This document shows, one piece after another, positions 21,178-31,085 of a DNA stretch of 64,000 nucleotides. Below the pieces are notes generated by a model. The model did not search any database. It was not told where the DNA came from and worked only from the letters and a program-made list of their open reading frames with translations. The position numbers and the translations under genes were made by a program. Within the stretch, counting starts at the first letter, position 1. Each line of letters opens with the position of its first letter. This DNA comes from Candidatus Kaiserbacteria bacterium (lineage in GTDB: Bacteria; Patescibacteriota; Minisyncoccia; Phycocordibacterales; UBA2100): the NCBI GenBank assembly GCA_016186695.1, contig JACPLC010000007.1, positions 11,928 through 75,927 of the forward strand. Direction: 5' to 3'.

Positions 21178-23385
21178 CTATTTCGCAACACGTTCCGCCT
21201 CTTCCAGCTTGACCGAGAGTAACTTCGAGACACCGTCGCCGCCCATGGTGACGCCGTAGAGCTCGCCAGCGGCGGCCATCGTGGCACGGTTGTGGGTGAT
21301 GACAATAAGCTGGGATTTCGCCGCAAGTTCGCCGACCATGTCGGCATAGCGCTTTGAATTCGCCTCGTCGAGCGCCGCGTCGGTTTCGTCAAGCACGAGA
21401 AACGGCGGGGGATTCACCTGCGTCATTGAAAAGATGAGGGCGATCGAGGTGAGCGCGCGCTCGCCTCCCGAGAGCACCTCGAGTCCGCGGATTTTTTTGC
21501 GTGGAAGCGAAACAGAAATCGAGAGGCCAGCATACAATTCTTCCTCTTCCGGAATCTCCTCTTCATCTTCGTCCATTTCTTCAAGCGCCGCCCTCGAAAC
21601 ACGGCGCGGCTGCTCAACGGCGAGCTTCGCGTGTCCCCCGCCGAAAAGTTTCGTGAAGAAATTTCCCAGTGCTTCGTTGATCCCTTTCAAGCCTTCCTGA
21701 AAACGCGCGTCAATTGTCTTTTCGAGCTCTGCAATAAGGTCTTTCAGCGACGCCGCGGATTTCTCGAGATCGACGAGTTCTTTTCCCAAAAATTCATCGC
21801 GCTCCTTTGTCTGCCTGAATTCCTGTACGATCTGCTCACCGCTCCCTGTCCCCGATTCTTCTATCTTTATCTTCAAGCGCTCTATCTCTCGTCGGCGCTT
21901 TTCCTGCGCGCCCCTATCTTCTGAAAGTGCGCCAGTGGGAATGCCGGCATTCTCCCATGCGCGAACGCCGGCACCGACCAGTGCAACCCCCTCGCGCACC
22001 TCATCCTCAAAGCGCTGGCGCGAGGCAGCGACACTTGCCCGCGCAGCCTGCACACCCGCAAGCTTTCCCTGCGCCTCGCGCACGGAAGCTTCGAGCTCCA
22101 CCAATTCGCGCTCGGCGGTGAATCCCTTCTCCCGTGTTTCCCCGATTTTTTTGCGTAAATCCTCGAGCTCGCCCGCAAGCGCACTTTCTTCCTTTTGCAC
22201 CTGCTCGAGTGACTGGGAGAGCGTTTTCACCTGCTGACGCGCCTCTTCATTCGTGACAGGCGCCGTGCCCGAAAGTCCTTCAATAAATGACCTGATGCGG
22301 CTTCGGATGTCGGACAACGTATTGCGGATGCGCGAAATGTCGTCCACACGCTCGAGCTCCGAGACAGTCGCATCGAGTTCGCGCGCAAAGTTCCGCACGT
22401 GCGGCACCGGCACAATTGCCTCAACAGTCACCGTGTTTGCCTCCAGCGCTCCTTCCGCCCGCCCGAGCTCTCGTGCAAGCCGCTCGCTTTCGCGGCGCGC
22501 CTCCGAGAGCTTCCCCTCGCGTTCGGAGAGCTTTTTCTGCAAACCTGCGAGCGCGTCACCTCCTGCACCACTGCTCGCAGAACGCGTTCGCGATACCGAC
22601 TCGGAAAGCTTCTTGAGCTCCCCGGCAAGTGCCTGCTCTTCCTGCCGCAAACGCGCGTCTTCCTGCGTTATCCACGCGTTTTCGCGCGCGAGGTAGTCAT
22701 TCAGCTTTTCTGCAAGTGTCGCCTTCATCTCCCGCGCTTTCTCGATTTTCTCCACCTGCTGGCGAAGGAACATGAGGTGCGGCGCGAGCTCTCTGCGGAG
22801 CGATTTTGTTTTGTCGATATTCACGCCGGTCTCGTCGAGTTTGCGCTCGCTCTCGGCTTTCTTGTGCTGGTAGAGTTTGAGGCCGAGCGCATCCTCTACC
22901 ATCTCGCGCCGTTCGCGCGGCGAAGCATTCAAAATACGGTCGGCTTCGCCCTGCGAAATGATCTGATAGCCGCTTCCACCGATGTTCGCACCCGCGAGAA
23001 GGCGAATCACATCTTTGAGCCTCACCTGTGTGCCGTTCAATAGGTACTCATTCTGCCCGTCGCGATGGACGACGCGCTCAATAACCACTTCGCTAAAATC
23101 GATATCCAAAAGCCGTTTGGAGTTGTCGAACACGACCTTCACTGATGCTCGATTCATGCGCGAAAGCGAAGGCGAGCCGCCCCAGATAAGATCCTCACCC
23201 TTTTTCGAGCGCATGCTCTTCATCGACTGCTCGCCCAAGACGAAGCGAAAACCCTCTGCGACGTTGGATTTTCCACTGCCATTGGGCCCTACGACCGCAA
23301 CAATCGGTGAGCCGAACACGAGCTCGGTCTTTTTGCCAAATGATTTAAAACCAGCGAGCTCGATGGATTTCAGGCTGCGGAACAT
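21178..23385 (-). CDS. smc: Short SMC-family ATPase
   Basis: GFKSF, GPNGSGKSN, LSGGE, LVLDE..ALD, ITH; coiled-coil middle, 735 aa. Confidence 0.88.
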   Translation of the reverse strand: MFRSLKSIELAGFKSFGKKTELVFGSPIVAVVGPNGSGKSNVAEGFRFVLGEQSMKSMRSKKGEDLIWGGSPSLSRMNRASVKVVFDNSKRLLDIDFSEVVIERVVHRDGQNEYLLNGTQVRLKDVIRLLAGANIGGSGYQIISQGEADRILNASPRERREMVEDALGLKLYQHKKAESERKLDETGVNIDKTKSLRRELAPHLMFLRQQVEKIEKAREMKATLAEKLNDYLARENAWITQEDARLRQEEQALAGELKKLSESVSRTRSASSGAGGDALAGLQKKLSEREGKLSEARRESERLARELGRAEGALEANTVTVEAIVPVPHVRNFARELDATVSELERVDDISRIRNTLSDIRSRIRSFIEGLSGTAPVTNEEARQQVKTLSQSLEQVQKEESALAGELEDLRKKIGETREKGFTAERELVELEASVREAQGKLAGVQAARASVAASRQRFEDEVREGVALVGAGVRAWENAGIPTGALSEDRGAQEKRRREIERLKIKIEESGTGSGEQIVQEFRQTKERDEFLGKELVDLEKSAASLKDLIAELEKTIDARFQEGLKGINEALGNFFTKLFGGGHAKLAVEQPRRVSRAALEEMDEDEEEIPEEEELYAGLSISVSLPRKKIRGLEVLSGGERALTSIALIFSMTQVNPPPFLVLDETDAALDEANSKRYADMVGELAAKSQLIVITHNRATMAAAGELYGVTMGGDGVSKLLSVKLEEAERVAK

Positions 23386-23445
23386 TGAACCTCATTGTAT
23401 CAAATAACAAGCCCCGGAGCGGATTCCCCGGGGCCATCGGTTCAA

Positions 23446-23670
23446 TTACCACGAGAGCGAAAACAGGTCGAAGTTGTTATTCTTTGCGATACACCGAAGA
23501 AAAAAAGTGATCGCGAGAATCGCCATATAAGACGTTGCTCTCATGTACTTGAGCGCCTTATGTATGTCGTTCTGGACCGTAGCAACGATGCCTAATCCCC
23601 AAAAGTAAAAGAACGGAGCCACTAGTCCGGCAAGTACGACCCACTGGAAGGTCGTCAGTATTTCCGTCAT
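23446..23670 (-). CDS. Small membrane protein
   Basis: GGAGG RBS, two hydrophobic segments, hairpin downstream. Confidence 0.6.
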   Translation of the reverse strand: MTEILTTFQWVVLAGLVAPFFYFWGLGIVATVQNDIHKALKYMRATSYMAILAITFFLRCIAKNNNFDLFSLSW

Positions 23671-23809
23671 GACAACCTCCCATTGATATGCCGCTGCGAA
23701 GACTTTGCCTTACCATCCTTTTGCCGTCAATGCTTTCTCCGTTTCCTTTTCACTCGTCCTCCAACCGTTCCCAGCTGCTTCCAATCACCCGGTATTCTAC
23801 TATGTTACA

Positions 23810-23838
23810 ATTTACGTACATATGTACTTAAATCGGAA
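23810..23838. promoter_or_regulatory. Upstream copy of repeat flanking PaaX-like gene 1, putative operator
   Basis: atttacgtacatatgtacttaaatcggaa directly after TGnTACAAT; 24/29 identical to 24409-24437. Confidence 0.8.
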
Positions 23839-23848
23839 TACCTCCCCT

Positions 23849-24397
23849 ATGAAGATACGCCGACCGAGCGAGAAGACTCTTAGAATACTGAAGATGATCG
23901 CGCTTGGGACCCTGATAATCGGTATCGGAGCCGCTCCCTCTCCGCGCGCAATAGCGCGTGTATTCCGGGAGCTCAAGATAAGCGACTCACCCAAAAACAG
24001 AAAGTGGATAAAGAGGAAGCTCTATGGTTTGCATGAGCAACAATACGTTTCTATCCGCGACGACAGCTATACGCTCTCTGAGGTGGGGCAACGCGTCATC
24101 GCAGAACACAAGTTATGGGCGCTCTCAATACCGCAGCCCAAAAAATGGGATGGAGTGTGGCATATCGTCGTATTTGATATTCCTCAAGAAAAATCAAACG
24201 TGCGAATCCCTTTTATACGGCATCTTCAGAACCTCGGACTGATTTTCTATCAGCGCTCGGTGTGGATTCACCCGTTCCCGTGCGAGGACGAAGTCCGTGA
24301 GATTGCTGACTTTCAAGGCATCCTTCCGTTTGTCTCTTTCATCAAAGCTACACATGTCGACGGCTCTCATGCGCTGCGGAAGTATTTTAAGCTGTAA
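23849..24397 (+). CDS. PaaX-like regulator (wHTH + Cas2/VapD-like domain)
   Basis: YTLSEVG, KWDGVWHIVVFDIP, LG..FYQRSVWIHPFPC; likely start ATG 23849. Confidence 0.85.
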   Translation: MKIRRPSEKTLRILKMIALGTLIIGIGAAPSPRAIARVFRELKISDSPKNRKWIKRKLYGLHEQQYVSIRDDSYTLSEVGQRVIAEHKLWALSIPQPKKWDGVWHIVVFDIPQEKSNVRIPFIRHLQNLGLIFYQRSVWIHPFPCEDEVREIADFQGILPFVSFIKATHVDGSHALRKYFKL

Positions 24398-24404
24398 TAC
24401 TGAC

Positions 24405-24436
24405 TCCGACTTATGTACATATGTATATAAGTCGGA
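24405..24436. repeat. 32-bp near-perfect palindrome, downstream copy of PaaX-like gene 1 repeat
   Basis: tccgacttatgtacatatgtatataagtcgga, 7 nt after the stop. Confidence 0.9.
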
Positions 24437-24450
24437 AAACTCGCGTCGGA

Positions 24451-25137
24451 TTACCAGCCTTTTGCGGCAAGGGCTTTTTGTGCGGCGTCCTGTTCTGCTT
24501 CCTGCTTTGAACGACCCTCGCCGTTTGCGAGGCGTTCATCGCCAATGCGTGCGGCAACGACGAATCGTTTGTCGTGGTCGGGCCCCGATTGGCTCATCAG
24601 TTCGTAGGTAGGCGTAATGCCCACAGTGCCTTGCGCGATTTCCTGCAATTTGCTCTTCGCGTCTTGCCAGAGGCGCTTCGAGACGACTTCGTCAGTCTTG
24701 TGGAAGAGCTGGGTTTCGATAAATTTTTGCGCCGCGCCATATCCCGCGTCGAGGTAGATGGCCCCGATGAGAGCTTCAAATGCATTCGCAAGAATTATCT
24801 CCCGCGCGCGGCCGGTGTCGCGCGCCTCGCCGCGCGAGAGCAGGAGGTAATCGTTCATGCCGAGTTTCGTTGCGGCATCCGAAATACTCTGCGTATTGAC
24901 GAGGGCCGCGCGATAGGCTGTGAGATCGCCTTCCGGCTTATCAGGATATTTCACGTACAAAAACTCCGTGACCGCGAGCTCCAAGACGGCATCGCCCAAA
25001 AACTCCAATCGCTCGTTGTGGTCGCGCCCGAGCTCACGATTTTCGTTCAAATACGAGCGGTGCGTGAACGCCTGCTCGAGAAGATTCTTGGTCTTGAACG
25101 TATAGCCGATCTTCTTTTCGAATGGTCCGAATTCCAT
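24451..25137 (-). CDS. rnc: Ribonuclease III
   Basis: HNERLEFLGDAVL plus C-terminal dsRBD. Confidence 0.98.
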   Translation of the reverse strand: MEFGPFEKKIGYTFKTKNLLEQAFTHRSYLNENRELGRDHNERLEFLGDAVLELAVTEFLYVKYPDKPEGDLTAYRAALVNTQSISDAATKLGMNDYLLLSRGEARDTGRAREIILANAFEALIGAIYLDAGYGAAQKFIETQLFHKTDEVVSKRLWQDAKSKLQEIAQGTVGITPTYELMSQSGPDHDKRFVVAARIGDERLANGEGRSKQEAEQDAAQKALAAKGW

Positions 25138-25138
25138 G

Positions 25139-26053
25139 TTATTTCTGCTCTTTCTTTGCGAGCGCGTTTATCGCAGGAATGATTATTTTCAGAGTATCGT
25201 CATAAAAGTTCAAATCCCCCACTGAGGAAAGCGGAAACCATTGCGCATCATCCAAGCCGCCGGAAGAGCCTAGCTTGAGTTCGGCAAAAGGCGACTCGGC
25301 CAAAAAGTACGTGACGCGTTTTCGCTTCTTGCCGCCCTCCACCTTCGAGTCGTTCGCGATGTATTCGTTCACGCCGAGCTCCTGCACGATCGCTATGTCG
25401 AGACCCATCTCTTCTTTTATTTCGCGCACCGCGCCTGCGGGTACGTCCTCGTTCTCCTCGATCTTTCCCTTTGAGATCGTCCAGTGCCCGAAAATGTCGT
25501 GCACGAACGCGAGATAGGTTTCTCCCTTGTTCTTCGCATACACGACAGCGCCAGCGAGGTGCTCGGTCGGCATCTTTGTGGGTTTCTGCCCTTGCTTTTT
25601 TCGCGCCGCGCCCTCGTTCTTGCCCGGCTCGCCGAGCTCGATGTAGACAGCACCCAAAACGCCGTTTACAAATCGTCCCGAGGAGTTTGAACCGAAGGTT
25701 TTAGCGAGTTCGATCGCCTCATTAATAGCAACTTTGGCAGGCACCTGCGTGCGGTCGGCAAAGAGGAGCTCAGAGAGACCGAGGCGGAGCACATTGCGAT
25801 CGATCGCCGCAATTTTTTCGAGCGGCCACTCGGGTGCTGCGCGTACGATGACCTCATCGATCTCTTTTTGCTTTGCGACAGCCGTCTGCAAAAGCTGCTT
25901 CATGAACGGCATGTCACTCTCACGAGCGCCAAATTCTTTTGCGTATTCGGCAAGGCGCGAGATCGCCTCCTCGTTCCCCATTTTTCCGCTCGATTGATCC
26001 CGTTCGAAAAGGACTTGAAGAACAACAGAGCGGGCTAGATGTCGGTTGGCCAT
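25139..26053 (-). CDS. nusB: NusB fused to a NUDIX hydrolase domain
   Basis: IDRNVLR, VAINEAIELAK, FVNGVL, then G-x5-E-x7-REIKEEMG. Confidence 0.92.
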   Translation of the reverse strand: MANRHLARSVVLQVLFERDQSSGKMGNEEAISRLAEYAKEFGARESDMPFMKQLLQTAVAKQKEIDEVIVRAAPEWPLEKIAAIDRNVLRLGLSELLFADRTQVPAKVAINEAIELAKTFGSNSSGRFVNGVLGAVYIELGEPGKNEGAARKKQGQKPTKMPTEHLAGAVVYAKNKGETYLAFVHDIFGHWTISKGKIEENEDVPAGAVREIKEEMGLDIAIVQELGVNEYIANDSKVEGGKKRKRVTYFLAESPFAELKLGSSGGLDDAQWFPLSSVGDLNFYDDTLKIIIPAINALAKKEQK

Positions 26054-26097
26054 ATCAGCACAAAAGATCAGACGAACGAAAGAGCAAAAGGTTTCAA

Positions 26098-26370
26098 TTA
26101 TGATTGCGTGGTTTCTTTTTCCTTATCCTCGCTAATCTGTCCGGATTCACGGAGAGCTGTTTGGCGCCTCTTATCGCGGCGTGTCTGCCGCTTTGCACGG
26201 GCAACGACATCGATAACGATGCGACCATTGTATTTCCCGCAGGATGCGCACGCGGTGTGCGGCAAACGATAGCTCCCGCACTCGCATTTCACCAAAGCTG
26301 CGCCCGTGAGCGCATGATGGCTCCGCCGTTTTGCGGTTTCAGACCTATTTCGGCGCATTCGCACTACCAT
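26098..26370 (-). CDS. rpmF: 50S ribosomal protein L32
   Basis: KRRSH, CEC..RLPHTACASCGKYNGR; start MVVRMR. Confidence 0.93.
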   Translation of the reverse strand: MVVRMRRNRSETAKRRSHHALTGAALVKCECGSYRLPHTACASCGKYNGRIVIDVVARAKRQTRRDKRRQTALRESGQISEDKEKETTQS

Positions 26371-26393
26371 AGTGAAAAGAGTATACAGAAATT

Positions 26394-26984
26394 TCAACGA
26401 AGAGCAAACTTGCGGCTATAGCTTACGCGATGAATTTCGCAGAGACCGAAGCGTCGGATCGCCTCTCGGTGAAGTTCGGTTGGGTAGCCTTTGTGGATTT
26501 CGAATCCGTAGTTTGGGAACCGTTTTGCAAATTTTGTCATGAGTCTGTCCCGCCGCACTTTCGCAACGATAGACGCGAGAGAAATAATCGGGACAAGCGC
26601 GTCGCCGTGAATGATCGTCTCCTGCTCGTAGCGCGAGGGCGCGTAGAGCAAACCGTCGAGGAGGATGCGCACACCCTCGGGCGAGGAAGATAGGGCACTC
26701 ACGCAGCGCTGCACCGCTTTGCGCACTGCGCGCGTTATACCAAACTCGTCTATGTATGCGTGATCAGCGAAGCGTACGCAAAAAGAAAGCTCCCCGGTTT
26801 TCATTCGCGCTTCTGCTTCCTCATATATCTCGTCGCGCTTCTTCGGCGAAAGGAGCTTGGAGTCTTTCACCTCCGGAAACATTTTCAAAACGTCGAACGT
26901 TTCCGGCACAATGACGGCCCCTACCGAAACTGGCCCCGCAAGCGGCGCCCGCCCTGCTTCGTCGACTCCGATCAGGTAGTGCAC
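26394..26984 (-). CDS. rnhB: Ribonuclease HII
   Basis: GVDEAGR, DSKLL, ASIVAKV.RD, HKGYPT; GTG start 6 nt after TATGAT. Confidence 0.95.
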   Translation of the reverse strand: MHYLIGVDEAGRAPLAGPVSVGAVIVPETFDVLKMFPEVKDSKLLSPKKRDEIYEEAEARMKTGELSFCVRFADHAYIDEFGITRAVRKAVQRCVSALSSSPEGVRILLDGLLYAPSRYEQETIIHGDALVPIISLASIVAKVRRDRLMTKFAKRFPNYGFEIHKGYPTELHREAIRRFGLCEIHRVSYSRKFALR

Positions 26985-27043
26985 CACTACATCATAACAA
27001 ACGGGCCACTCCTTCGTCAGAGCGGCCCATCGCGATGATATGG

Positions 27044-27253
27044 TTATCGCTTCCCATGAAGACCGCGGTACAAGCACGGTTGCTCATTGCGAAGGAGCGA
27101 CGTGACCGGGCCATGGGTCCTATCTGGCACGGGGCTTACAGGGCCTTGCCTATTTTGGGGAGGTTTATACGGCGACCCCTTTTGGGGTTGCCTGTTCCCC
27201 TTTTGGCTTGCCTGCAGATGTTCAGCCAAGTCCCGCTCGAAGGTTTTCGACAC
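27044..27253 (-). CDS. Possible small hypothetical protein
   Basis: GGAG RBS before GTG, 69 codons, hairpin plus T-run after the stop. Confidence 0.35.
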   Translation of the reverse strand: MSKTFERDLAEHLQASQKGNRQPQKGSPYKPPQNRQGPVSPVPDRTHGPVTSLLRNEQPCLYRGLHGKR

Positions 27254-27410
27254 GTGAGTTACTCCCATTGATGATCGGACCTCGGCTCCGACCTGCCGCC
27301 TCATGTATATACTTGATTTACCATTCCCACTCTAACGATTTACCTGAAAGGAGTCAAAGCCCCTACGTGGCGGACAGCTGTGCAAAAACTCCTAGTGGTA
27401 TACTCGATTC

Positions 27411-30400
27411 ATGTCACGTGCGGACTTTGTCCATCTCCATACCCACTCCCACTATTCGCTTCTCGAGGCGCTGCCCAAAATCGACGAGCTCGTCGCCGCT
27501 GCGGCCAAAGACGGGCAGACGGCGATTGCGCTCACCGACAACGGCAACCTCTACGGTGCCATCGAGTTTTACAAAGAGTGCAAAGACAACAGTGTTAAAC
27601 CGATTATCGGCGTCGATTTCCACGTCGCTCCGCGCACGAGGACACAGAAAGAACACCGCGTAGACGACCAGACCTCCCGCCTCGTTCTCTTAGCAAAGAA
27701 CGAGACGGGCTATCACAATCTCATTCAGTTGGTATCAAAGGCGCATCTCGAAGGGTTCTACTATCGCCCGCGAATTGACAGGGAACTCATCGAGAGCTAT
27801 CGCGACGGCCTTGTCGCGATACTTCCCAGCTACGGCGGTGAGCACGCCCACGGGATCCGCCACGACTCTGCGGCGCGTGCCGAAGAGGTCATGCACTGGC
27901 ACAAAAAGATATTCGGCGACGATTGTTATGTCGAAATAACGCGGCATCCGGAAATTGCCGGACACGAGACGCAGATGCAGGACATCATCGCGCGTGCGCA
28001 AAGCGTCGGTCTCCCGCTTCTTGCCACGCACGACGTCTACTACCTCTCGCCCGAGGATTCGCTCGCATGCGATCTCGTGAACAAGATCCGCACCGGCGGC
28101 GCGCTCGATCGAAATGCAGATGCTGCTCCCCGCGACTTTTCGTTTCTCTCACGCTCCCGTATGGAGGAATTATTTGCAGACCTTCCCGAAGCGCTCGAGA
28201 ATTCGAAGAACATTGCAGAAAAGTGCAGCCTCGAGCTAAAGCTCGGCTCGTGGGTCTTCCCTGCCTTTCCTATTCCCGAAGGAAGTTCTGCCGACGGCGA
28301 GCTAGGAGCGCTCATCGAGCGCGGATTTTCAGAGCGGGACCTCAAGAAAAGCGCCGAGGCACGGGAACGCGTGGATTACGAACTCTCGATTATCACAAAA
28401 AAGGGCTACGCGCCGTACTTTCTCGTCGTCGCCGATCTCCTGCGCCATGCACGTGAAAAAGGAATCCTCACCAACACACGCGGCTCTGTCGCTGGCTCCC
28501 TCGTCTCGTACCTCTGCGGCATCACGACAGTAAATCCGTTTGAGTACCAACTCCCCTTCGAACGCTTTCTAAACCCCGAGCGGCCTTCGCCTCCCGACAT
28601 CGACATGGACTTAGCCGACAACCGGCGCGATGAACTCATCGACTACGTGCGGCAGAAGTACGGCGAAGATAAGGTCGCGCAAATCGGCACCTTCGGCACC
28701 ATGATGGCACGCGCGGCCGTGCGCGATGTTGCACGCGCACTCGGCCAGCCGTACGGATTGGGTGACACGATTGCAAAACTCATCCCCTTCGGCAAGCAGG
28801 GCTTCCCCGTTTCGATAAAAAGCTCGCTCGAGAACGTGCCCGAGCTCGCACAGGTGTATGAAAGCGACGCCGCGAGCCGCGAGATCCTCGATCTCGCGCA
28901 GAAGATCGAAGGGAACGCGCGGCATGTGGGCGTGCATGCGGCGGGTGTCGTCATCGCGCCAACGAGCGTGACAGACTACGTGCCTATACAGCACGACCCA
29001 AAGGGCGGGAAAACAATCACGCAGTACGACATGTATGCGGTCGAGGAGGCCGGACTCCTCAAGTTCGACTTTCTCGGCCTCACCAACCTCTCAGTGCTCG
29101 CCGACGCGGTGCAGCGCGTCCGCGAGCGTCTCGGCGCCGAGGTAGACCTCGACCGTCTTCCGCTCAACGACGACAAGACCTTCAAAATGCTCTCCCGCGG
29201 AGAAACCCATGGTGTCTTTCAGCTCGCCGGTGGCGGCATGACGAGCTACCTCACCAACCTCGAGCCCTCGACCATCCATGATATCAACGCGATGGTGGCG
29301 CTTTACCGCCCCGGCCCCATGGCATTCATTCCCGCCTACATCGAGCGCAAAAAGAATCCGAAGCTCATTCGCTACCTCGACCCGCGCATGGAGCCGATTC
29401 TCAAGAATTCGTACGGCGTTATCGTCTATCAGGATGACGTCTTGGAAATCGCGATAAAGCTCGCGGGCTACAGCTGGCTCGAGGCCGACAAATTCCGCAA
29501 GGCAATGGGGAAGAAGATCCCCGCCGAGATGCGCGCACAAAAAGAAAAATTTACCGGCGGCTGTGTGAAGCATGGAATGAAAAAGGAGGCCGCGCAGAAA
29601 CTCTGGGAGCAGATAGAAACTTTCGCAGCGTACGGTTTCAACAAAGCACACGCGGCAAGTTATGGAAACCTCGCGTATAAGACCGCGTACATGAAAGCGA
29701 ACTTCCCTGTCGATTACATGGCAGCGCTTCTTACTGCTGACGCCGGCGACGTGGAAAAAATCGCAGAGACCGTGCAGGAGTGCAAACGGATGGGGATCAA
29801 GGTCTGGCCGCCTTCCGTGAACGAAAGCAAGGGCAACTTCACGGTTGTTGACGATATCAATATCCGCTTCGGTCTGTACAGCATCAAGAACTTCGGGAGC
29901 GGTGTCGCGGATTCAATCATTGAGGCGCGTAACAGCATTCGATTCGAGAACATCGCCGACTTTCTCGCCCGCGTCCCCGACCGAAACCTCAACAAGAAAC
30001 AGCTTGAGTCGCTCATCCAATCGGGCGCACTTGATGAAATCGGCGAGCGCGGAAATCTCCTTGCAAGCATCGACCTGCTTCTGGATTACCATCGCGAATT
30101 TATGAAAACGCCCTCAGATCAAAGCTCCCTCTTTGGCAGCGCGGGCGCTCCGCAGGCAGTCCTTAAACTTCCAGAATCGCATCCTGCAACACTCGAAGAG
30201 CGGCTTGCATGGGAAAAAGAACTCCTCGGCCTTTTTGTTTCGGGACACCCTTTGGACAAACACAAGGCTAAGTTCAACGATCCGAAAAAAACCATAAAAC
30301 ACGCCAAAGAACACCTGCGCGGCGTGGAGACCGTGATCGCGGGATTCGTTGAGCAGAGCCGGATAAACATGACGAAAAACGGCGAACGTATGGGCTTCCT

Positions 30401-30566
30401 GAAGATCGCCGATTTTTCGGATGCGATAGAAGTCGTCGCGTTCCCGCGGACATTTAAAGAATACGAGTCGCTTATGGCACCGGGTGCATGCGTGGTGATA
30501 AAAGGAAAAATTTCCGAACGTAATGGAGAACCCAGTTTCGTTGTAGAACGAGCAAAAGCGCTCTAA
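27411..30566 (+). CDS. dnaE: DNA polymerase III alpha subunit
   Basis: HLHTHSHYSLL PHP domain, RGSVAGS, PDIDMD, YGFNKAH. Confidence 0.98.
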   Translation: MSRADFVHLHTHSHYSLLEALPKIDELVAAAAKDGQTAIALTDNGNLYGAIEFYKECKDNSVKPIIGVDFHVAPRTRTQKEHRVDDQTSRLVLLAKNETGYHNLIQLVSKAHLEGFYYRPRIDRELIESYRDGLVAILPSYGGEHAHGIRHDSAARAEEVMHWHKKIFGDDCYVEITRHPEIAGHETQMQDIIARAQSVGLPLLATHDVYYLSPEDSLACDLVNKIRTGGALDRNADAAPRDFSFLSRSRMEELFADLPEALENSKNIAEKCSLELKLGSWVFPAFPIPEGSSADGELGALIERGFSERDLKKSAEARERVDYELSIITKKGYAPYFLVVADLLRHAREKGILTNTRGSVAGSLVSYLCGITTVNPFEYQLPFERFLNPERPSPPDIDMDLADNRRDELIDYVRQKYGEDKVAQIGTFGTMMARAAVRDVARALGQPYGLGDTIAKLIPFGKQGFPVSIKSSLENVPELAQVYESDAASREILDLAQKIEGNARHVGVHAAGVVIAPTSVTDYVPIQHDPKGGKTITQYDMYAVEEAGLLKFDFLGLTNLSVLADAVQRVRERLGAEVDLDRLPLNDDKTFKMLSRGETHGVFQLAGGGMTSYLTNLEPSTIHDINAMVALYRPGPMAFIPAYIERKKNPKLIRYLDPRMEPILKNSYGVIVYQDDVLEIAIKLAGYSWLEADKFRKAMGKKIPAEMRAQKEKFTGGCVKHGMKKEAAQKLWEQIETFAAYGFNKAHAASYGNLAYKTAYMKANFPVDYMAALLTADAGDVEKIAETVQECKRMGIKVWPPSVNESKGNFTVVDDINIRFGLYSIKNFGSGVADSIIEARNSIRFENIADFLARVPDRNLNKKQLESLIQSGALDEIGERGNLLASIDLLLDYHREFMKTPSDQSSLFGSAGAPQAVLKLPESHPATLEERLAWEKELLGLFVSGHPLDKHKAKFNDPKKTIKHAKEHLRGVETVIAGFVEQSRINMTKNGERMGFLKIADFSDAIEVVAFPRTFKEYESLMAPGACVVIKGKISERNGEPSFVVERAKAL

Positions 30567-30643
30567 ATTTGCGAGAATTCAAAAAAACGGTATTGTTAAA
30601 GCTGTCCTGCGTTTCTATTCTCCAAAACTGAAAGGCCACGGGA

Positions 30644-30982
30644 ATGAATAAGCTGAGACGACTTGCGTCAGAGGCTGTGCTCGAGATTGAAAACGCGCCG
30701 GAAACTGAAGTCAAGTGGGTGAGGGTGCGTGCATTCGAGAAACACCTGCACCACGATATCACCTACCGGCACGGAATGGCGGGTGCGAACCTTGAGACAT
30801 GGAGGCGAATCGCGGCGAGTATGGGCGAAAAACTCGATTGTGACGCAGACACATACTTCTGGCTGCAGGGCATGTGCGGTCAGGTCGCTCTCTGGATGTT
30901 GCCTAGTCAGCACCAGATCGACAGCACTGTTCTGCGGCGCAACATTCTTGCGCTCTGCAACGTGATCCGAGCGATCGGTTGA
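30644..30982 (+). CDS. Hypothetical protein
   Basis: 112-aa ORF followed by a GC hairpin plus T-run (about 31008-31050). Confidence 0.55.
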   Translation: MNKLRRLASEAVLEIENAPETEVKWVRVRAFEKHLHHDITYRHGMAGANLETWRRIAASMGEKLDCDADTYFWLQGMCGQVALWMLPSQHQIDSTVLRRNILALCNVIRAIG

Positions 30983-31050
30983 GGTTGAGTCGGTGGTCCG
31001 CTTTGACAGCGGCGGCGCAGGGATATACCCGCGCCGCCGCTTCGTTTTTG

Positions 31051-31079
31051 TTGACATCGCCAAAATAGCGCGCTAGATT
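31051..31079 (+). promoter_or_regulatory. sigma70 promoter of thrS leader
   Basis: TTGACA-N17-TAGATT. Confidence 0.75.
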
Positions 31080-31085
31080 TGATGA

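Noticed and set aside
23849-24397. CRISPR-Cas locus suggested by Cas2-like domains and the PD-(D/E)XK nuclease
   Set aside because: No repeat-spacer array and no cas1 or effector genes; the proteins have PaaX-like architecture
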